Below are positions 1-9,394 of a stretch of DNA of 64,000 bases, piece after piece. Location: contig DAOUJW010000017.1 in the NCBI GenBank assembly GCA_034422115.1, positions 119,379 to 183,378 on the forward strand. The letters are read 5' to 3'. Positions within the stretch are counted from its first letter, which is position 1, and every line of letters starts with the position of its first letter. The position numbers and the translations under genes are program-made. The stretch comes from Dehalococcoidia bacterium. GTDB lineage: Bacteria; Chloroflexota; Dehalococcoidia; Lucifugimonadales; UBA2985. The notes beneath the pieces are model-generated. The model did not search any database. It was not told where the DNA came from and was given only the letters and a program-made list of their open reading frames with translations.

Positions 1-683
1 TCTCTCGCAACACCACCATTCCCACGGCCAAGAGCGAGACGTTCACGACGGCGGCCGACGGGCAGACCAGCGTGGAGGTGCACGTCCTCCAGGGCGAGCG
101 GCCTATGGCGGCGGACAACAAGTCCATCGGGAGGTTCATCCTGGACGGCATCCTTCCCGCGCCTAGGGGCATTCCGCAAATCGACGTCACCTTTGACATA
201 GACGCCAACGGCATCCTGAACGTGTCTGCCAAGGACAAGGCCACGGGCCGGGAGCAGCGCATCACCATCACCGCAAGCTCCGGCCTGGCCAAGGACGAGA
301 TTGACCGACTGGTGGAGGAGGCGTCCCGCCACGCCGACGAAGACCTTCGGCAGCGGGAGGAGGTGGAGACCCGCAACATGGCGGACAGCGCGGCCTACAA
401 CGCGGAGAAACTGCTGACCGACCAGGGCGAGAACATCCCGGCAGACCTCAAGGAGGAGCTGCAGGGCAAGATAGCAGAGCTGAGGGAGGCGCTCCAGGGC
501 CAGGACATGGCCCTCATAAGCCAGCGGCTGCAGGAGCTGCAGACCTCTCTGCAGAAGGTGGGCACTGCGGTCTACAGCCAGCAGGGCGGGCCGTCGGGGC
601 CTCCGCCGGGGGCGGACGTGGACATGGACCCGGGAGACGCGCCTCCTGAGGGCACGGTTGAGGGCGAGTACCGGGAGGTGTAG
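1..683 (+). CDS. dnaK: Chaperone DnaK (Hsp70), C-terminal portion; 5' end lies outside the window
   Basis: Open from position 3 in the frame of the 72..683 ORF. Translation ...[78 protein letters not shown]... is the conserved Hsp70 substrate-binding domain, followed by a helical lid and a G/P/D-rich tail. TAG at 681-683. Confidence 0.95.
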   Translation, partial: SRNTTIPTAKSETFTTAADGQTSVEVHVLQGERPMAADNKSIGRFILDGILPAPRGIPQIDVTFDIDANGILNVSAKDKATGREQRITITASSGLAKDEIDRLVEEASRHADEDLRQREEVETRNMADSAAYNAEKLLTDQGENIPADLKEELQGKIAELREALQGQDMALISQRLQELQTSLQKVGTAVYSQQGGPSGPPPGADVDMDPGDAPPEGTVEGEYREV

Positions 684-703
684 AGAAACTCGCAGTGAGC
701 TGA

Positions 704-745
704 AGGGCGCCGCATCAATGTATTGGATGCGGCGCCCTCTTTTTG
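704..745 (+). terminator. Rho-independent terminator after dnaK
   Basis: GGGCGCCGCATC / GATGCGGCGCCC stem with a 9-nt loop, followed by CTTTTTG. Confidence 0.8.
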
Positions 746-826
746 TCCTCGTGTAAGGGGCCGTCTAGGTTCGATATCCCATACTTGTGCTGGTGGGCTA
801 AATCGAGTTCTTTAGACTTCCCTTTA

Positions 827-918
827 CCGCTCATGGTGAGCCTGTCGAACCATATGAGCGGGTAAACCCCGGTCGTGTGCCCACCGCTCACACCCTTCGA
901 CAGGCTCAGGGTGAGCGG
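827..918. repeat. Composite palindromic intergenic repeat (two hairpin units with CCGCTCAY...RTGAGCGG termini)
   Basis: CCGCTCATGGTGAGCCTGTCGAACCATATGAGCGG (827-862) and CCGCTCACACCCTTCGACAGGCTCAGGGTGAGCGG (884-918). Near-identical units recur at 33708-33795, 49179-49269 and 61302-61393. Confidence 0.85.
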
Positions 919-954
919 TGTCGTTGGCCGTTGTCAGAGTACCCCAAGGGTGCC

Positions 955-2121
955 CTATGCCCCGTGCGGCCACTCTCCCAGAGTCACCTCCACCTCTATG
1001 GTCTCTCCATCCCTGTACAGGGTCAGTGTTACAGAGTCTCCGGGGTCAAGGCCGTTGAAATACTCCACCATCTGGTCGACGGAGGTCACCTCTGTGCCGT
1101 CCACTGCCCTTATGACGTCGCCTCTCGTCCCAAGAACGCCGAATCTGTCGCTGCCTCCGGCAATCAGCCCCGCCTCGTCAGCCGGGCTGCCTGCCCCGAC
1201 GCTGCTGACGTACACGCCTTCGGTAATGTCCAGTCCCAGGTAATCGGCCAGGCCAGGAGTCAGGGGAGTGCCGCTTATTCCCAGCCAGGGGCGCTTCACA
1301 ATCTCGTTGTCCAGGAACCTGGTCATCAGGTCCTTTGCGGTGTTTATGGGCACGGCAAACCCCACCCCCTCGGTGCTGACAAAGGAGATCTGCACGGAGG
1401 TGTTGATGCCTATGACCTCCCCGTCGGCGTTGAGCAGCGGGCCGCCGGAGTTGCCCGGGTTCAGGGTGGCGTCCGTCTGTATCATCCCGGTTATCAGCCG
1501 ACGAAACATTCCCGGCCGGCTGCGCTCGATGCCGCTGACCACGCCCACGCTGATGGAGTTGTCCAGACCGAAGGGGCTTCCCATGGCGATGGCCATCTCG
1601 CCGGTCTCGACCGCGCTGGAGTCGGCCAGGGGCAGAGGGTCGATGACGGCCACGTCCTCGGCGTCCACCTTCAGGAGCGCCACGTCGTCCGCCGGGCTTC
1701 TGCCCACCACCTTCGCGTCCAGCCTCTCCCCGCTTGGCAGAACAACCCGCACGCTCAGGGCGTCGTGAACTACGTGGTAGTTGGTGAGGATGTGCCCATC
1801 CGTGTCCACCAGAAACCCGGATCCCTGCCCTCCGTGGGGCAAGACGAACCCGAACCTGCTGACGCTCTCCAGGTCGGTCTCGACCGTGACGACAGCAGGG
1901 TTAGCCTCTTCGTATATCGCGACAACCGTCCGCTCGTCGTACAAGGGGGGCGTATCCGACGCCGCGCCCCGGTCAAAACCACCCACAACGACGACAACCA
2001 GCGCGGCCATGCTCAGCACGACAATCAGCGCGCCAAGGGTTACCACCCAAAGGGGCAGCGCAACGCCCGAATCTGCCTTGTTCATCCCTGCCTCCGGTAT
2101 CTCCTCTCTAGTATCTTCCAT
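955..2121 (-). CDS. htrA: HtrA/DegP-family trypsin-like serine protease with C-terminal PDZ domain and N-terminal membrane anchor
   Basis: 388-aa ORF. Catalytic-serine motif GNSGGPLLN, His region TNYHVV, hydrophobic N-terminal helix, PDZ-like C-terminus. The ATG overlaps the stop of the upstream kinase by 1 nt (TAATG). Confidence 0.9.
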   Translation of the reverse strand: MEDTREEIPEAGMNKADSGVALPLWVVTLGALIVVLSMAALVVVVVGGFDRGAASDTPPLYDERTVVAIYEEANPAVVTVETDLESVSRFGFVLPHGGQGSGFLVDTDGHILTNYHVVHDALSVRVVLPSGERLDAKVVGRSPADDVALLKVDAEDVAVIDPLPLADSSAVETGEMAIAMGSPFGLDNSISVGVVSGIERSRPGMFRRLITGMIQTDATLNPGNSGGPLLNADGEVIGINTSVQISFVSTEGVGFAVPINTAKDLMTRFLDNEIVKRPWLGISGTPLTPGLADYLGLDITEGVYVSSVGAGSPADEAGLIAGGSDRFGVLGTRGDVIRAVDGTEVTSVDQMVEYFNGLDPGDSVTLTLYRDGETIEVEVTLGEWPHGA

Positions 2122-3497
2122 TATCTGCTGTCTGAAGGTTGACTGCCAATGGGCAGCTCGAACGTGAAGCGACTGCCCCGGCCCGGCTCGCTCTCCGCGT
2201 AGATAACGCCTCCGTGGGCCTCGACAAGCTGCCTGGCGATGGTCAGTCCCAGGCCCGCGCCGCCCGTGGCCCTGGCTCTGGACGGGTCCACCCTGTAGAA
2301 CCGCTCGAAGACCAGCGGCAGGTCGTCTGCGGGGATGCCGTTGCCTGTGTCAGACACCGTTACCTGCGCCGTCCCAGCGTTCGTCACCTCAGCTGTTACG
2401 CTGACACGTCCGCTCTCCGGCGTGTGGCTGATGGCGTTCTCCAGCAGGTTGCCCACCACCTGGGCTATGCGAGTCCTGTCCATTGGCACAAGTGGAAGGT
2501 CCGCAGAGGTGTCCAGGGACAGGGAAACGCTCTTGGCCTCCGCCCGGGGCCGGACGGCCTCGATGGACTTGCTGAGCGCCTGCTCCAGGGAGTCAGGCTC
2601 AATGTTGAGGCGCAGGGCCCCGGCGTCCGCCAGCGCCAGCAGCCGCAGGTCTTCCACCAGGAGCGTCAGGTGGAGCACCTGCTGGTGAATGGTGTCGATG
2701 GTGGCGTTGTCGGGCTGCAAAAGCCCGTCCCGCACGGCCTCCAGGTAGCCCTGGATGTTGGAGAGGGGAGTCCTCAGCTCGTGGGCCACGTCCGCCATCA
2801 GGCTGCGGCGCTGCTGCTCCGCCTTCTCCAGGTCCTCCGCCATTGAGTTGAAGGTGCGGCCCAGGTCTGCGATCTCATCCCTGCCCTGAGTGGACACCCT
2901 CTGGGAGAGGTCTCCCTGTCCCAACAGCCTCGCCGTCGAGCCAAGGGCCCTAGTGGGCGCGAGGACCCGTCGGGAAAACAGCGACACCAGCAGAACGCCC
3001 GCGACGCCCGCGGCCAGGCCCGTCCACAGCAGTGAGCGGTTCAGGGCGGACGCCAGAATCGATACCGACGGCTCCGGGACTTCCAGGGGCGCAACGTTGG
3101 GGGCCAGCGCCACGGTGCCGACCTCCCGCCCGCTGCTCAGAAGCGGCAGGTTGTACTTCTCCTTCATGGCGGCCACGTCACCGGGGTCGGAGGCGTCCCG
3201 CGAGTCGGCTATAACGTCTCCGCTTGAGTCCTTGACCACAATGCGCACGCCGTAGAGGTCACTGGCCTGCTCAACGGCCGGCTGCAGCCCCCCCCACCCC
3301 CTGCTGGCGGCGTAGTACTTGGTTATCATCTGCTCTATGCGAGCGGCCTTGGCCTCCTCAACGTCCCTCTCAAACTGCTCCGTGGCCTGCTTTGCCGTGT
3401 AGCTCACGTACATGCTTACGCTGGCCAGGGCCAGGGTGAGCACCAGGGCGAAGGCCGCTATCAGGCGAAACTGTAGGCTGAATAACCAGCTAGACAT
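2121..3497 (-). CDS. Sensor histidine kinase (2 TM, HAMP, HisKA, HATPase_c)
   Basis: H-box ADVAHELRTPLSNI, N-box LLENAISHT, G-boxes DTGNGIP and GGAGLGLTIARQLVEAHGG. I place the start at MSSWLFSLQF (ATG 3497), which overlaps the response-regulator stop (ATGTCTAG), rather than at the 3641 start of the ORF track. Confidence 0.9.
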   Translation of the reverse strand: MSSWLFSLQFRLIAAFALVLTLALASVSMYVSYTAKQATEQFERDVEEAKAARIEQMITKYYAASRGWGGLQPAVEQASDLYGVRIVVKDSSGDVIADSRDASDPGDVAAMKEKYNLPLLSSGREVGTVALAPNVAPLEVPEPSVSILASALNRSLLWTGLAAGVAGVLLVSLFSRRVLAPTRALGSTARLLGQGDLSQRVSTQGRDEIADLGRTFNSMAEDLEKAEQQRRSLMADVAHELRTPLSNIQGYLEAVRDGLLQPDNATIDTIHQQVLHLTLLVEDLRLLALADAGALRLNIEPDSLEQALSKSIEAVRPRAEAKSVSLSLDTSADLPLVPMDRTRIAQVVGNLLENAISHTPESGRVSVTAEVTNAGTAQVTVSDTGNGIPADDLPLVFERFYRVDPSRARATGGAGLGLTIARQLVEAHGGVIYAESEPGRGSRFTFELPIGSQPSDSR

Positions 3498-4179
3498 TGC
3501 CGAACTTGTACCCCACTCCGTACACGGTGTGGATGTAGCCGGAGCCGTCGCTGCTTGCGCCGAGCTTGCGGCGGAGGTTGGATACGTGGGCGTCGACGGT
3601 ACGGTCAAAGCCGTCGAAGTCGTAGCCGAAGACCCGGTCAATGATCTGCTCGCGGGTGAAGATCCTGCCGGGCTCCCGAATCAGCATGACCAGCATTCGG
3701 AACTCCGTGGGTGTGAGGGTGACCTGCTTCTCGTTGGCGTAGACGGCGCGCAGCCTCATGTCGACCCTGACGTCGCCGTAGGCTAGCTCTGCGGGGCCCT
3801 GCTGAAGGTCGTCCCGGGCCGTGCGGCGAAGGACGGCCCGCACCCTGGCGGCAAGCTCCCTGGGGCTGAAGGGCTTGGTGATGTAGTCGTCCGCGCCCAG
3901 GTCAAGCCCCTCAAGGCGGTCCTCCTCCTCCACGCGGGCGGTGAGCATCACCACCGGGACCTCAGACTCATCCCTCAGGGCGCGGCACACCTCCGTGCCG
4001 TCCATGCCGGGGAGCATGAGGTCAAGCACCACAAGGTCGGGGCGGGCCTCACGGGCAAGGCGCAGGCCCTCCGCTCCGTCCTGGCTCTTCAGCACCTTGT
4101 GCCCGTCGCGGCGCAGGTAAAGCTCCACTATCTCCAGTGTGTTTGGGTCGTCTTCTACGATGAGTATGGTGCTGGGCAT
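3490..4179 (-). CDS. OmpR/PhoB-family DNA-binding response regulator
   Basis: Receiver motifs ILIVEDDP...DLVVLDLMLPGMDG...KPF, and winged-helix C-terminus LTPTEFRML...YIHTVYGVGYKF. Confidence 0.92.
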   Translation of the reverse strand: MPSTILIVEDDPNTLEIVELYLRRDGHKVLKSQDGAEGLRLAREARPDLVVLDLMLPGMDGTEVCRALRDESEVPVVMLTARVEEEDRLEGLDLGADDYITKPFSPRELAARVRAVLRRTARDDLQQGPAELAYGDVRVDMRLRAVYANEKQVTLTPTEFRMLVMLIREPGRIFTREQIIDRVFGYDFDGFDRTVDAHVSNLRRKLGASSDGSGYIHTVYGVGYKFGNV

Positions 4180-4272
4180 GTTCTTTGAGCTTGAAGGATT
4201 TGATGCTTGCCATCCAGGGGGAGCGGGGCGGGTGCCCCGTCCCCCTGCTGGCTTCCTTTAATGCGATAGCGT

Positions 4273-4824
4273 TCAGGCCTGGTCCATGTCTAGCGTGGTC
4301 TTTGACGAATCGTTGTCCTTCTGGCAGAAGCCCTTGTAGTGTCCACCCCCGTGATGGCCCCAGCGCTTGCCGCCATCAAAGATACCTGTTGGCCTGGACT
4401 CCAGCCACTCCCGGTACTCCGTGTACGAGTCGGCCTGCTCCTGGGTGATTTTCCCACTCTCCACCAGGCCGTCCAGGTCATCTGCGTCTATCTTCCACCG
4501 CATGAAGCCCTTGAAAGCGCCCTCCGGCCTCTCCTCCACCCACGCCTTGTACTCGTCGGCCTGCTCCTGGGTTATCTTGCCGCTCTCCACCATGGCGTCC
4601 AGCTTCTCCTGGAGCCACTCGTCTCTAAGCTCCGTCCGGGCCTGCTTCATGGCGTCCTGGACCTGGGACGACTCAAGACCCAGGATGGACGCAACTCTCT
4701 CTGCGAACTTCCCCTTGCGCGAGTCCGTATCGTCGCTCTGCGCCAGCGCTGCGCCCCCGGTTAGCGCGAGCGCCAGCGCTCCGACTATCAGGGCAACGGT
4801 AATCAATCCCTTTCTCATAGGCAA
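4273..4824 (-). CDS. Secreted protein of unknown function with an internal duplication and a His/Gly-rich tail
   Basis: Signal peptide MPMRKGLITVALIVGALALALTGGAALAQS. Two copies of ESGKITQEQAD-Y---E-RP-G. Tail WGHHGGGHYKG. It is the first gene, on the same strand, of the RR-HK-HtrA string. Confidence 0.6.
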   Translation of the reverse strand: MPMRKGLITVALIVGALALALTGGAALAQSDDTDSRKGKFAERVASILGLESSQVQDAMKQARTELRDEWLQEKLDAMVESGKITQEQADEYKAWVEERPEGAFKGFMRWKIDADDLDGLVESGKITQEQADSYTEYREWLESRPTGIFDGGKRWGHHGGGHYKGFCQKDNDSSKTTLDMDQA

Positions 4825-4893
4825 ATGCTCCTTTCTCCTTCCGATACGCTAGTTATAGCAACATATCTTGAAGAGAGTTTGAAGGAGCTCCGC

Positions 4894-6177
4894 CTAGACC
4901 CCTGCCAGGGCGGTCTCCGCCGCTTCCAGGGTCATGTCGATGTCCTCAGCCGTGTGAGCGGTGGATACAAAGGCGGCCTCAAAGGGCGAAGGGGCCAGGT
5001 ACACCCCGGCCTCCAGCATCCGGTGGAAGAAGGCGGCGTACCGCTCCCTGTCGCTGGCGGCGACGGAGTCCCAGCCCTCCACCGGCCCGCCGTTGAAGAA
5101 GGCCGTCAGTATCGACCCAACGCGGTTGACGGTAAGGGGGACATCCGCCTTTTGCGCGGCCGCTGCCAGGCCGCCGACAAGCCGCGCCGACGCCGCCTCA
5201 AGCCCTTCGTATGTGCCCGGCGCTTTCAAGGCCTTGAGTGTGGCTATGCCCGCCGCCACCGCAAGGGGGTTGCCGGAGAGGGTGCCTGCCTGGTACATAC
5301 CGCCTAGGGGCGCGACCACCTCCATGACCTCACGCCTTCCGCCGTAGGCCCCCACCGGCAGCCCGCCGCCGATGATCTTCCCAAGGCACGTGAGGTCGGG
5401 GGTTATACCATACAGAGTCTGCGCGCCGCCGTAGCCGACCCTGAAACCCGTAATCACCTCGTCGAAGATGAGCAGGGCGCCGTGGACGCCTGTGATTTGG
5501 CGCAGGGCGTCCAGGAAGCCGGTAGCCGGGGGCACGACGCCCATGTTGGCCGCCACCGGCTCCAGGATGACCGCCGCTATCTCTCCCGGATGGGAGTCAA
5601 AAAGAGTTTGCACTGAGGTAATGTCGTTGTAGTCGGCTACCAGGGTCTCACGGGCGTAACCCTCCGGCACACCGGCGCTGTTGGGGATGCTGTAGGTCGC
5701 GCCGCCGGAGCCCGCCTCTACCAGCAGGCCGTCGTTGTGGCCGTGGTAGCAGCCGGCGAACTTGACTATCTTGCTGCGCCCCGTGAAGGCCCTGGCCGCG
5801 CGGATGGCGCTCATGGTCGCCTCCGTCCCGGAGTTCACCAGTCGCACCATGTCGATGGACGGGAGGGCGTCGACGATCATCCCGGCAAGCTCCACCTCAC
5901 CTTCGGTCGGCGCGCCAAAGCTGAGGCCGTTTGCCAGAGCTTGCTGCACGGCCTCAACCACTGAGTCGTGGGCGTGGCCGAGAATCAGGGGGCCCCAGGA
6001 GCCAACGTAGTCCACGAACTCGTTGCCGTCGGCGTCCCAAATACGGGGACCCTTGCCACGCCGGATGAAGGGAGGAATGCCGCCAACGGACCTGAAGGAG
6101 CGGACGGGGCTGTTCACTCCGCCCGGTATGTGGCCCTGGGCCTGAGCGAACAGTTCTGATGATCGAGTTGTATCCAA
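4894..6177 (-). CDS. hemL: Glutamate-1-semialdehyde 2,1-aminomutase
   Basis: 427 aa. N-terminus [22 protein letters not shown] and the PLP region [15 protein letters not shown] are typical of HemL. Confidence 0.93.
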   Translation of the reverse strand: MDTTRSSELFAQAQGHIPGGVNSPVRSFRSVGGIPPFIRRGKGPRIWDADGNEFVDYVGSWGPLILGHAHDSVVEAVQQALANGLSFGAPTEGEVELAGMIVDALPSIDMVRLVNSGTEATMSAIRAARAFTGRSKIVKFAGCYHGHNDGLLVEAGSGGATYSIPNSAGVPEGYARETLVADYNDITSVQTLFDSHPGEIAAVILEPVAANMGVVPPATGFLDALRQITGVHGALLIFDEVITGFRVGYGGAQTLYGITPDLTCLGKIIGGGLPVGAYGGRREVMEVVAPLGGMYQAGTLSGNPLAVAAGIATLKALKAPGTYEGLEAASARLVGGLAAAAQKADVPLTVNRVGSILTAFFNGGPVEGWDSVAASDRERYAAFFHRMLEAGVYLAPSPFEAAFVSTAHTAEDIDMTLEAAETALAGV

Positions 6178-6229
6178 TATGCGTACCTCCTGGCCGGGGA
6201 GTGGTTATCCTGCCCAGTGGGCGGCCTTC

Positions 6230-7414
6230 CTATTCAATGCCGAGGGTGGCCCTGGCGTCCCTCTCAACCATTCTGAACACCTCCTGCAGGGGCAACCCCT
6301 CACGTTGGGCAATCTCCTTGCAGTCCTCGTACTCTGGCGAGACGCCAATGACTACGTCCGCCTCTCTCTTCAGCTTCACCCTAACCGAGCCGAAGGGGGT
6401 GTCCACCGAGACTATCTCCCGCTCCGCCTCGTAGCGGTTCAGGGTCTGCACCCGCACGCCCAGAGTGGAGGTCTCCTCCATTATAGTCTTCACAAGGGTC
6501 GACTCCATGTTAGGGCGGCACAGCACGCTGAGGGTAACGGCGGGCCTGTTCTTCTTCATCTGTATGGGGCTGAACCAGGCGTCCAGCGCTCCGCGGCGCA
6601 TAAGCTCCTCCTGGACGTGGCCCAGTATCTCCGGACTCATGTCGTCGATGTTGGTCTCCACAAGAGACACCTGGGCAAGAGCGCTGCTCGCGGCGGTCTC
6701 GCCAATCCACAGCGCCAGGACGTTGGGGATGTCCGGGTTGTCCCGGGTCCCAAGGCCGTAGCCCACGTGCTCCAGGCTGAGCGCGGGGGCATCGAAGGAA
6801 GCCAGGGTTGTGATGAGGGCCGCGCCCGTTGGGGTGACCATCTCACCCGCCTTGAGGTACGGGCCGTCCGGGGGGGACGCCTTTGCCTTGGACATAGCCA
6901 TAAGCTGCACCGTGGCCGGCGCGGGCACGGGAAGCGCGCCCTTTCTTGTGGATACCACGCCCCATCCGGCGGGCAGAGGAGAGGAGTACAGCTTTTCAAT
7001 GCCCAGCAGCTCCAGCCCGGCCACCACGCCCACAACGTCGATAATGGTGTCGATGTCTCCAAGCTCCTGAAGCTCATGGTTCTTGCCGTGCACCCTTGAC
7101 TCCGCCTCCTCCAGGCGCTCCAGAACCGTGCGAGATTTGTCTTTTACGGAATGGGAGATGGAACCGGCGTCCAGCATGTCCAGGAAGTCGTGAATGGAGT
7201 GCGGGGCCTTGTGACTCCTGCCGGTGTCAACTGAAACGTGAGTCCCTCTGATGACGCCTCTCTGCGAGATGGCCGCGTTGACGGAGTATCCATCGATGGG
7301 CAGCTTGGCGAGCTCGCCCTTCAGCTCTTCGATGGGCAGTCCTGCGTCGATGAGCGCGCCCAGGAGCATGTCTCCGCTGGCGCCGCCGATGCAGTGTAGG
7401 TATCCGGTCCTCAA
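6230..7414 (-). CDS. larC: LarC-family nickel insertion protein (DUF111)
   Basis: 394 aa. N-terminus YLHCIGGASGDMLLGALIDAG and the overall length match the DUF111/LarC family. Confidence 0.8.
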   Translation of the reverse strand: MRTGYLHCIGGASGDMLLGALIDAGLPIEELKGELAKLPIDGYSVNAAISQRGVIRGTHVSVDTGRSHKAPHSIHDFLDMLDAGSISHSVKDKSRTVLERLEEAESRVHGKNHELQELGDIDTIIDVVGVVAGLELLGIEKLYSSPLPAGWGVVSTRKGALPVPAPATVQLMAMSKAKASPPDGPYLKAGEMVTPTGAALITTLASFDAPALSLEHVGYGLGTRDNPDIPNVLALWIGETAASSALAQVSLVETNIDDMSPEILGHVQEELMRRGALDAWFSPIQMKKNRPAVTLSVLCRPNMESTLVKTIMEETSTLGVRVQTLNRYEAEREIVSVDTPFGSVRVKLKREADVVIGVSPEYEDCKEIAQREGLPLQEVFRMVERDARATLGIE

Positions 7415-7440
7415 GGTCGTCCCGTCTGTCCGTCTACCGG

Positions 7441-8052
7441 CTAGCCCAGACCGTCCCAGAAGCGCTCTTCCTTCCAGGGGTCTGCGTTGTTGTTGTAGCC
7501 AAGCTGCTCCCAGAAACCGGCCTTGTCCACGCTAAGAAGCTCCAGGCCGTTGACCCACTTGGCGCTCTTCCAGCCGTATCGCTTGGGCACAACCAGCCGC
7601 AGGGGGCCGCCGTGTTCGGGCGAAAGGGGCTTGCCGTCGTGGCTGTGGGCGAAGAGCACGTCGCCGTCCAGCAGCGCCTCCAGTGGCAGATTGGTGGTGT
7701 AGCCCCCGTAGCAGTGAAAGAGAACGAACCGGGCTTCCGGCTTCGCTGTGGCAAGGTTGATCACGTCGCTGAAGAGTACGCCCTCCCACAGGTTGCCCAT
7801 GCGGCTCCACTGGGTGACGCAGTGGAAGTCCGCCGTGACCGCGGCCTGGGGCAGGCCCTTGAACTGCTCCCAGTCCAGTTTCACCTCCCAGTCCACAAGG
7901 CCGTATATGCGGAACCGCCACTCGCTCAGGGCTATCTTGGGCGTATCGCCGTGGGTGAATACGGGGAACTTCCCGGTCACAAACTGTCCGGGCGGCGCGA
8001 CGACCGCCTGTGGCTTGATCTCCTTGGGTTTTCTCTTGGGCCAGGGTCTCAA
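7441..8052 (-). CDS. Small sulfite-oxidase-fold molybdopterin-dependent oxidoreductase (YuiH/MsrP-like catalytic domain)
   Basis: 203 aa with FHCVTQWSRMGNLWEGV and GGPLRLVVPKRYGWKSAKWV, typical of the Oxidored_molyb domain. Confidence 0.75.
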   Translation of the reverse strand: MRPWPKRKPKEIKPQAVVAPPGQFVTGKFPVFTHGDTPKIALSEWRFRIYGLVDWEVKLDWEQFKGLPQAAVTADFHCVTQWSRMGNLWEGVLFSDVINLATAKPEARFVLFHCYGGYTTNLPLEALLDGDVLFAHSHDGKPLSPEHGGPLRLVVPKRYGWKSAKWVNGLELLSVDKAGFWEQLGYNNNADPWKEERFWDGLG

Positions 8053-8163
8053 CCGCGACCTCCGTGGGGCGCATATCCGGCTATTGTGTACTCAATGATA
8101 AACTATACTCAGGTTGAAGTAAAACGAAAGCGTTCATAAGGCGCGTGTTGACGGCCAAGAAGA

Positions 8164-8445
8164 GTGCCACTAATATTCCAACATACCTGCACGTGGAATG
8201 GACGAGCTATGCTTGAAGGCATTATAGGGATGAAGGACATGGGCCTCATTTTCGAGGTCACGGACGCAATGGGCATCGACAGGGAGAGCATCTCAGTCCC
8301 CCTTGAGAAGGAGGACCCCGGAGCCGTGCGCCGGCTGCCCAACGGCGAAATCGAAATAGTGGTCCCCGTGTCTGTGCCTGAAGATGAGTGGGTTGCCATG
8401 CTGAGGGCTGAGCTGGAGAAGCTGGGCTTTGAGATGGAGGAGTGA
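8164..8445 (+). CDS. Hypothetical protein (start uncertain; possibly ATG 8209)
   Basis: ORF of 93 aa. Its stop overlaps the GTG of the next ORF (GTGA), which suggests translational coupling. No motif recognised. Confidence 0.45.
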   Translation: MPLIFQHTCTWNGRAMLEGIIGMKDMGLIFEVTDAMGIDRESISVPLEKEDPGAVRRLPNGEIEIVVPVSVPEDEWVAMLRAELEKLGFEMEE

Positions 8446-8825
8446 GGGTGGAAGAGCGGAACTCAATAGAGGTGGAGGTGGAGGACAACGACAACTGCTA
8501 CGGCCTGCCGATGCGGACGTACGAGGCTCTTGGCCTAGCCGTCGAAGTCTCCCAGGTGAGGATCGCCGGCCCCAGTGGGCCGGAGCAGTTCCACTGGGTC
8601 ACGGGCTGGCAGAGCGACGGCGATGGGACGCCGTGCCCGGCGTACTGCGTGGAAATCTCCGATTCAGGAGAGGGCGCCGCCTATCTGCTCTACGGCGGAG
8701 ACTGGGGCGTCCGCTTCAGGCCCTTGGACATCCAGGACGAGTGGAGTGTTGAAAGCCCTCACCAGTGGGGTGAGCCGTACCTTGTTCTTGGCGACCTGTC
8801 GGACATAGTGGCGGCTGAGCAATAG
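8442..8825 (+). CDS. Hypothetical acidic protein
   Basis: 127-aa ORF coupled to the upstream ORF. No motif recognised. Confidence 0.45.
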   Translation: MRVEERNSIEVEVEDNDNCYGLPMRTYEALGLAVEVSQVRIAGPSGPEQFHWVTGWQSDGDGTPCPAYCVEISDSGEGAAYLLYGGDWGVRFRPLDIQDEWSVESPHQWGEPYLVLGDLSDIVAAEQ

Positions 8826-8976
8826 TGCTCCGGCTGCCGGGTTTGATCAGTGTCGGTCAAAACGGCGGTCGTTGTACCCAAGTCTGCGTAAATCTTACAA
8901 TTGGGCGTGGAGGATGCTGACTTACCTATGATTATAGTGTAGAATAGCCATACTACGACTAGATTGGAGGGAACCC

Positions 8977-9120
8977 ATGGAAGCGTATTGTGTGAAGTGC
9001 CGATCCAAGAGGGAGATGAGCAACCCCCAGTCCATAACCATGAAAAATGGTCGCCCGGCCACACAAGGTGTTTGTCCAGTTTGCTCAACAAAGATGTTCC
9101 GGATCGGTAAGGCTGCCTAG
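8977..9120 (+). CDS. Small zinc-ribbon protein (DUF5679-like), 47 aa; absent from the ORF track because it is under 60 aa
   Basis: ATG at 8977 preceded by GGAGGGAACCC. Translation MEAYCVKCRSKREMSNPQSITMKNGRPATQGVCPVCSTKMFRIGKAA has the CxxC...CxxC layout I recognise from the DUF5679 family. TAG at 9118-9120. Confidence 0.7.
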   Translation: MEAYCVKCRSKREMSNPQSITMKNGRPATQGVCPVCSTKMFRIGKAA

Positions 9121-9394
9121 CTCGACTGACGTCGGATAGCACAGCCCAACGTCGCCGGAGACGCATCGCCAATCAAAGCGATGGCGCTCCGGGGCGGCTC
9201 AATCGCTTACATCATCGGTAGCCGGTCAGGGTATTCTGAACGGCATATAGCATCAACCGAGGCGAACGTATCCACAGGCCTTTCCCGGAAAGAGGCCGCG
9301 GGTCATTTTCCTTGCCAGCTATTAACGCCGCGGAAGGTGCTAATGGGTGAGCTTTTCAGAGCAAAAGGTTACATATTCTGTAGGAGGTGCCCTT

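Noticed and set aside
877-2142. 421-aa plus-strand ORF
   Set aside because: It is antisense to the well-supported htrA gene. Its Arg/Gly/His-rich, low-complexity composition is typical of shadow ORFs in high-GC DNA.
3498-3641. N-terminal 48-aa extension of the histidine kinase ORF
   Set aside because: It overlaps the response-regulator coding sequence and has an S/T/A-rich composition. ATG 3497 gives the usual overlapping RR/HK junction.
6230-7414. larC without larB/larE, considered as a partial Lar system
   Set aside because: Stand-alone DUF111/LarC genes are frequent. Nothing in the flanks (hemL, a Mo-oxidoreductase) supports a special interpretation.
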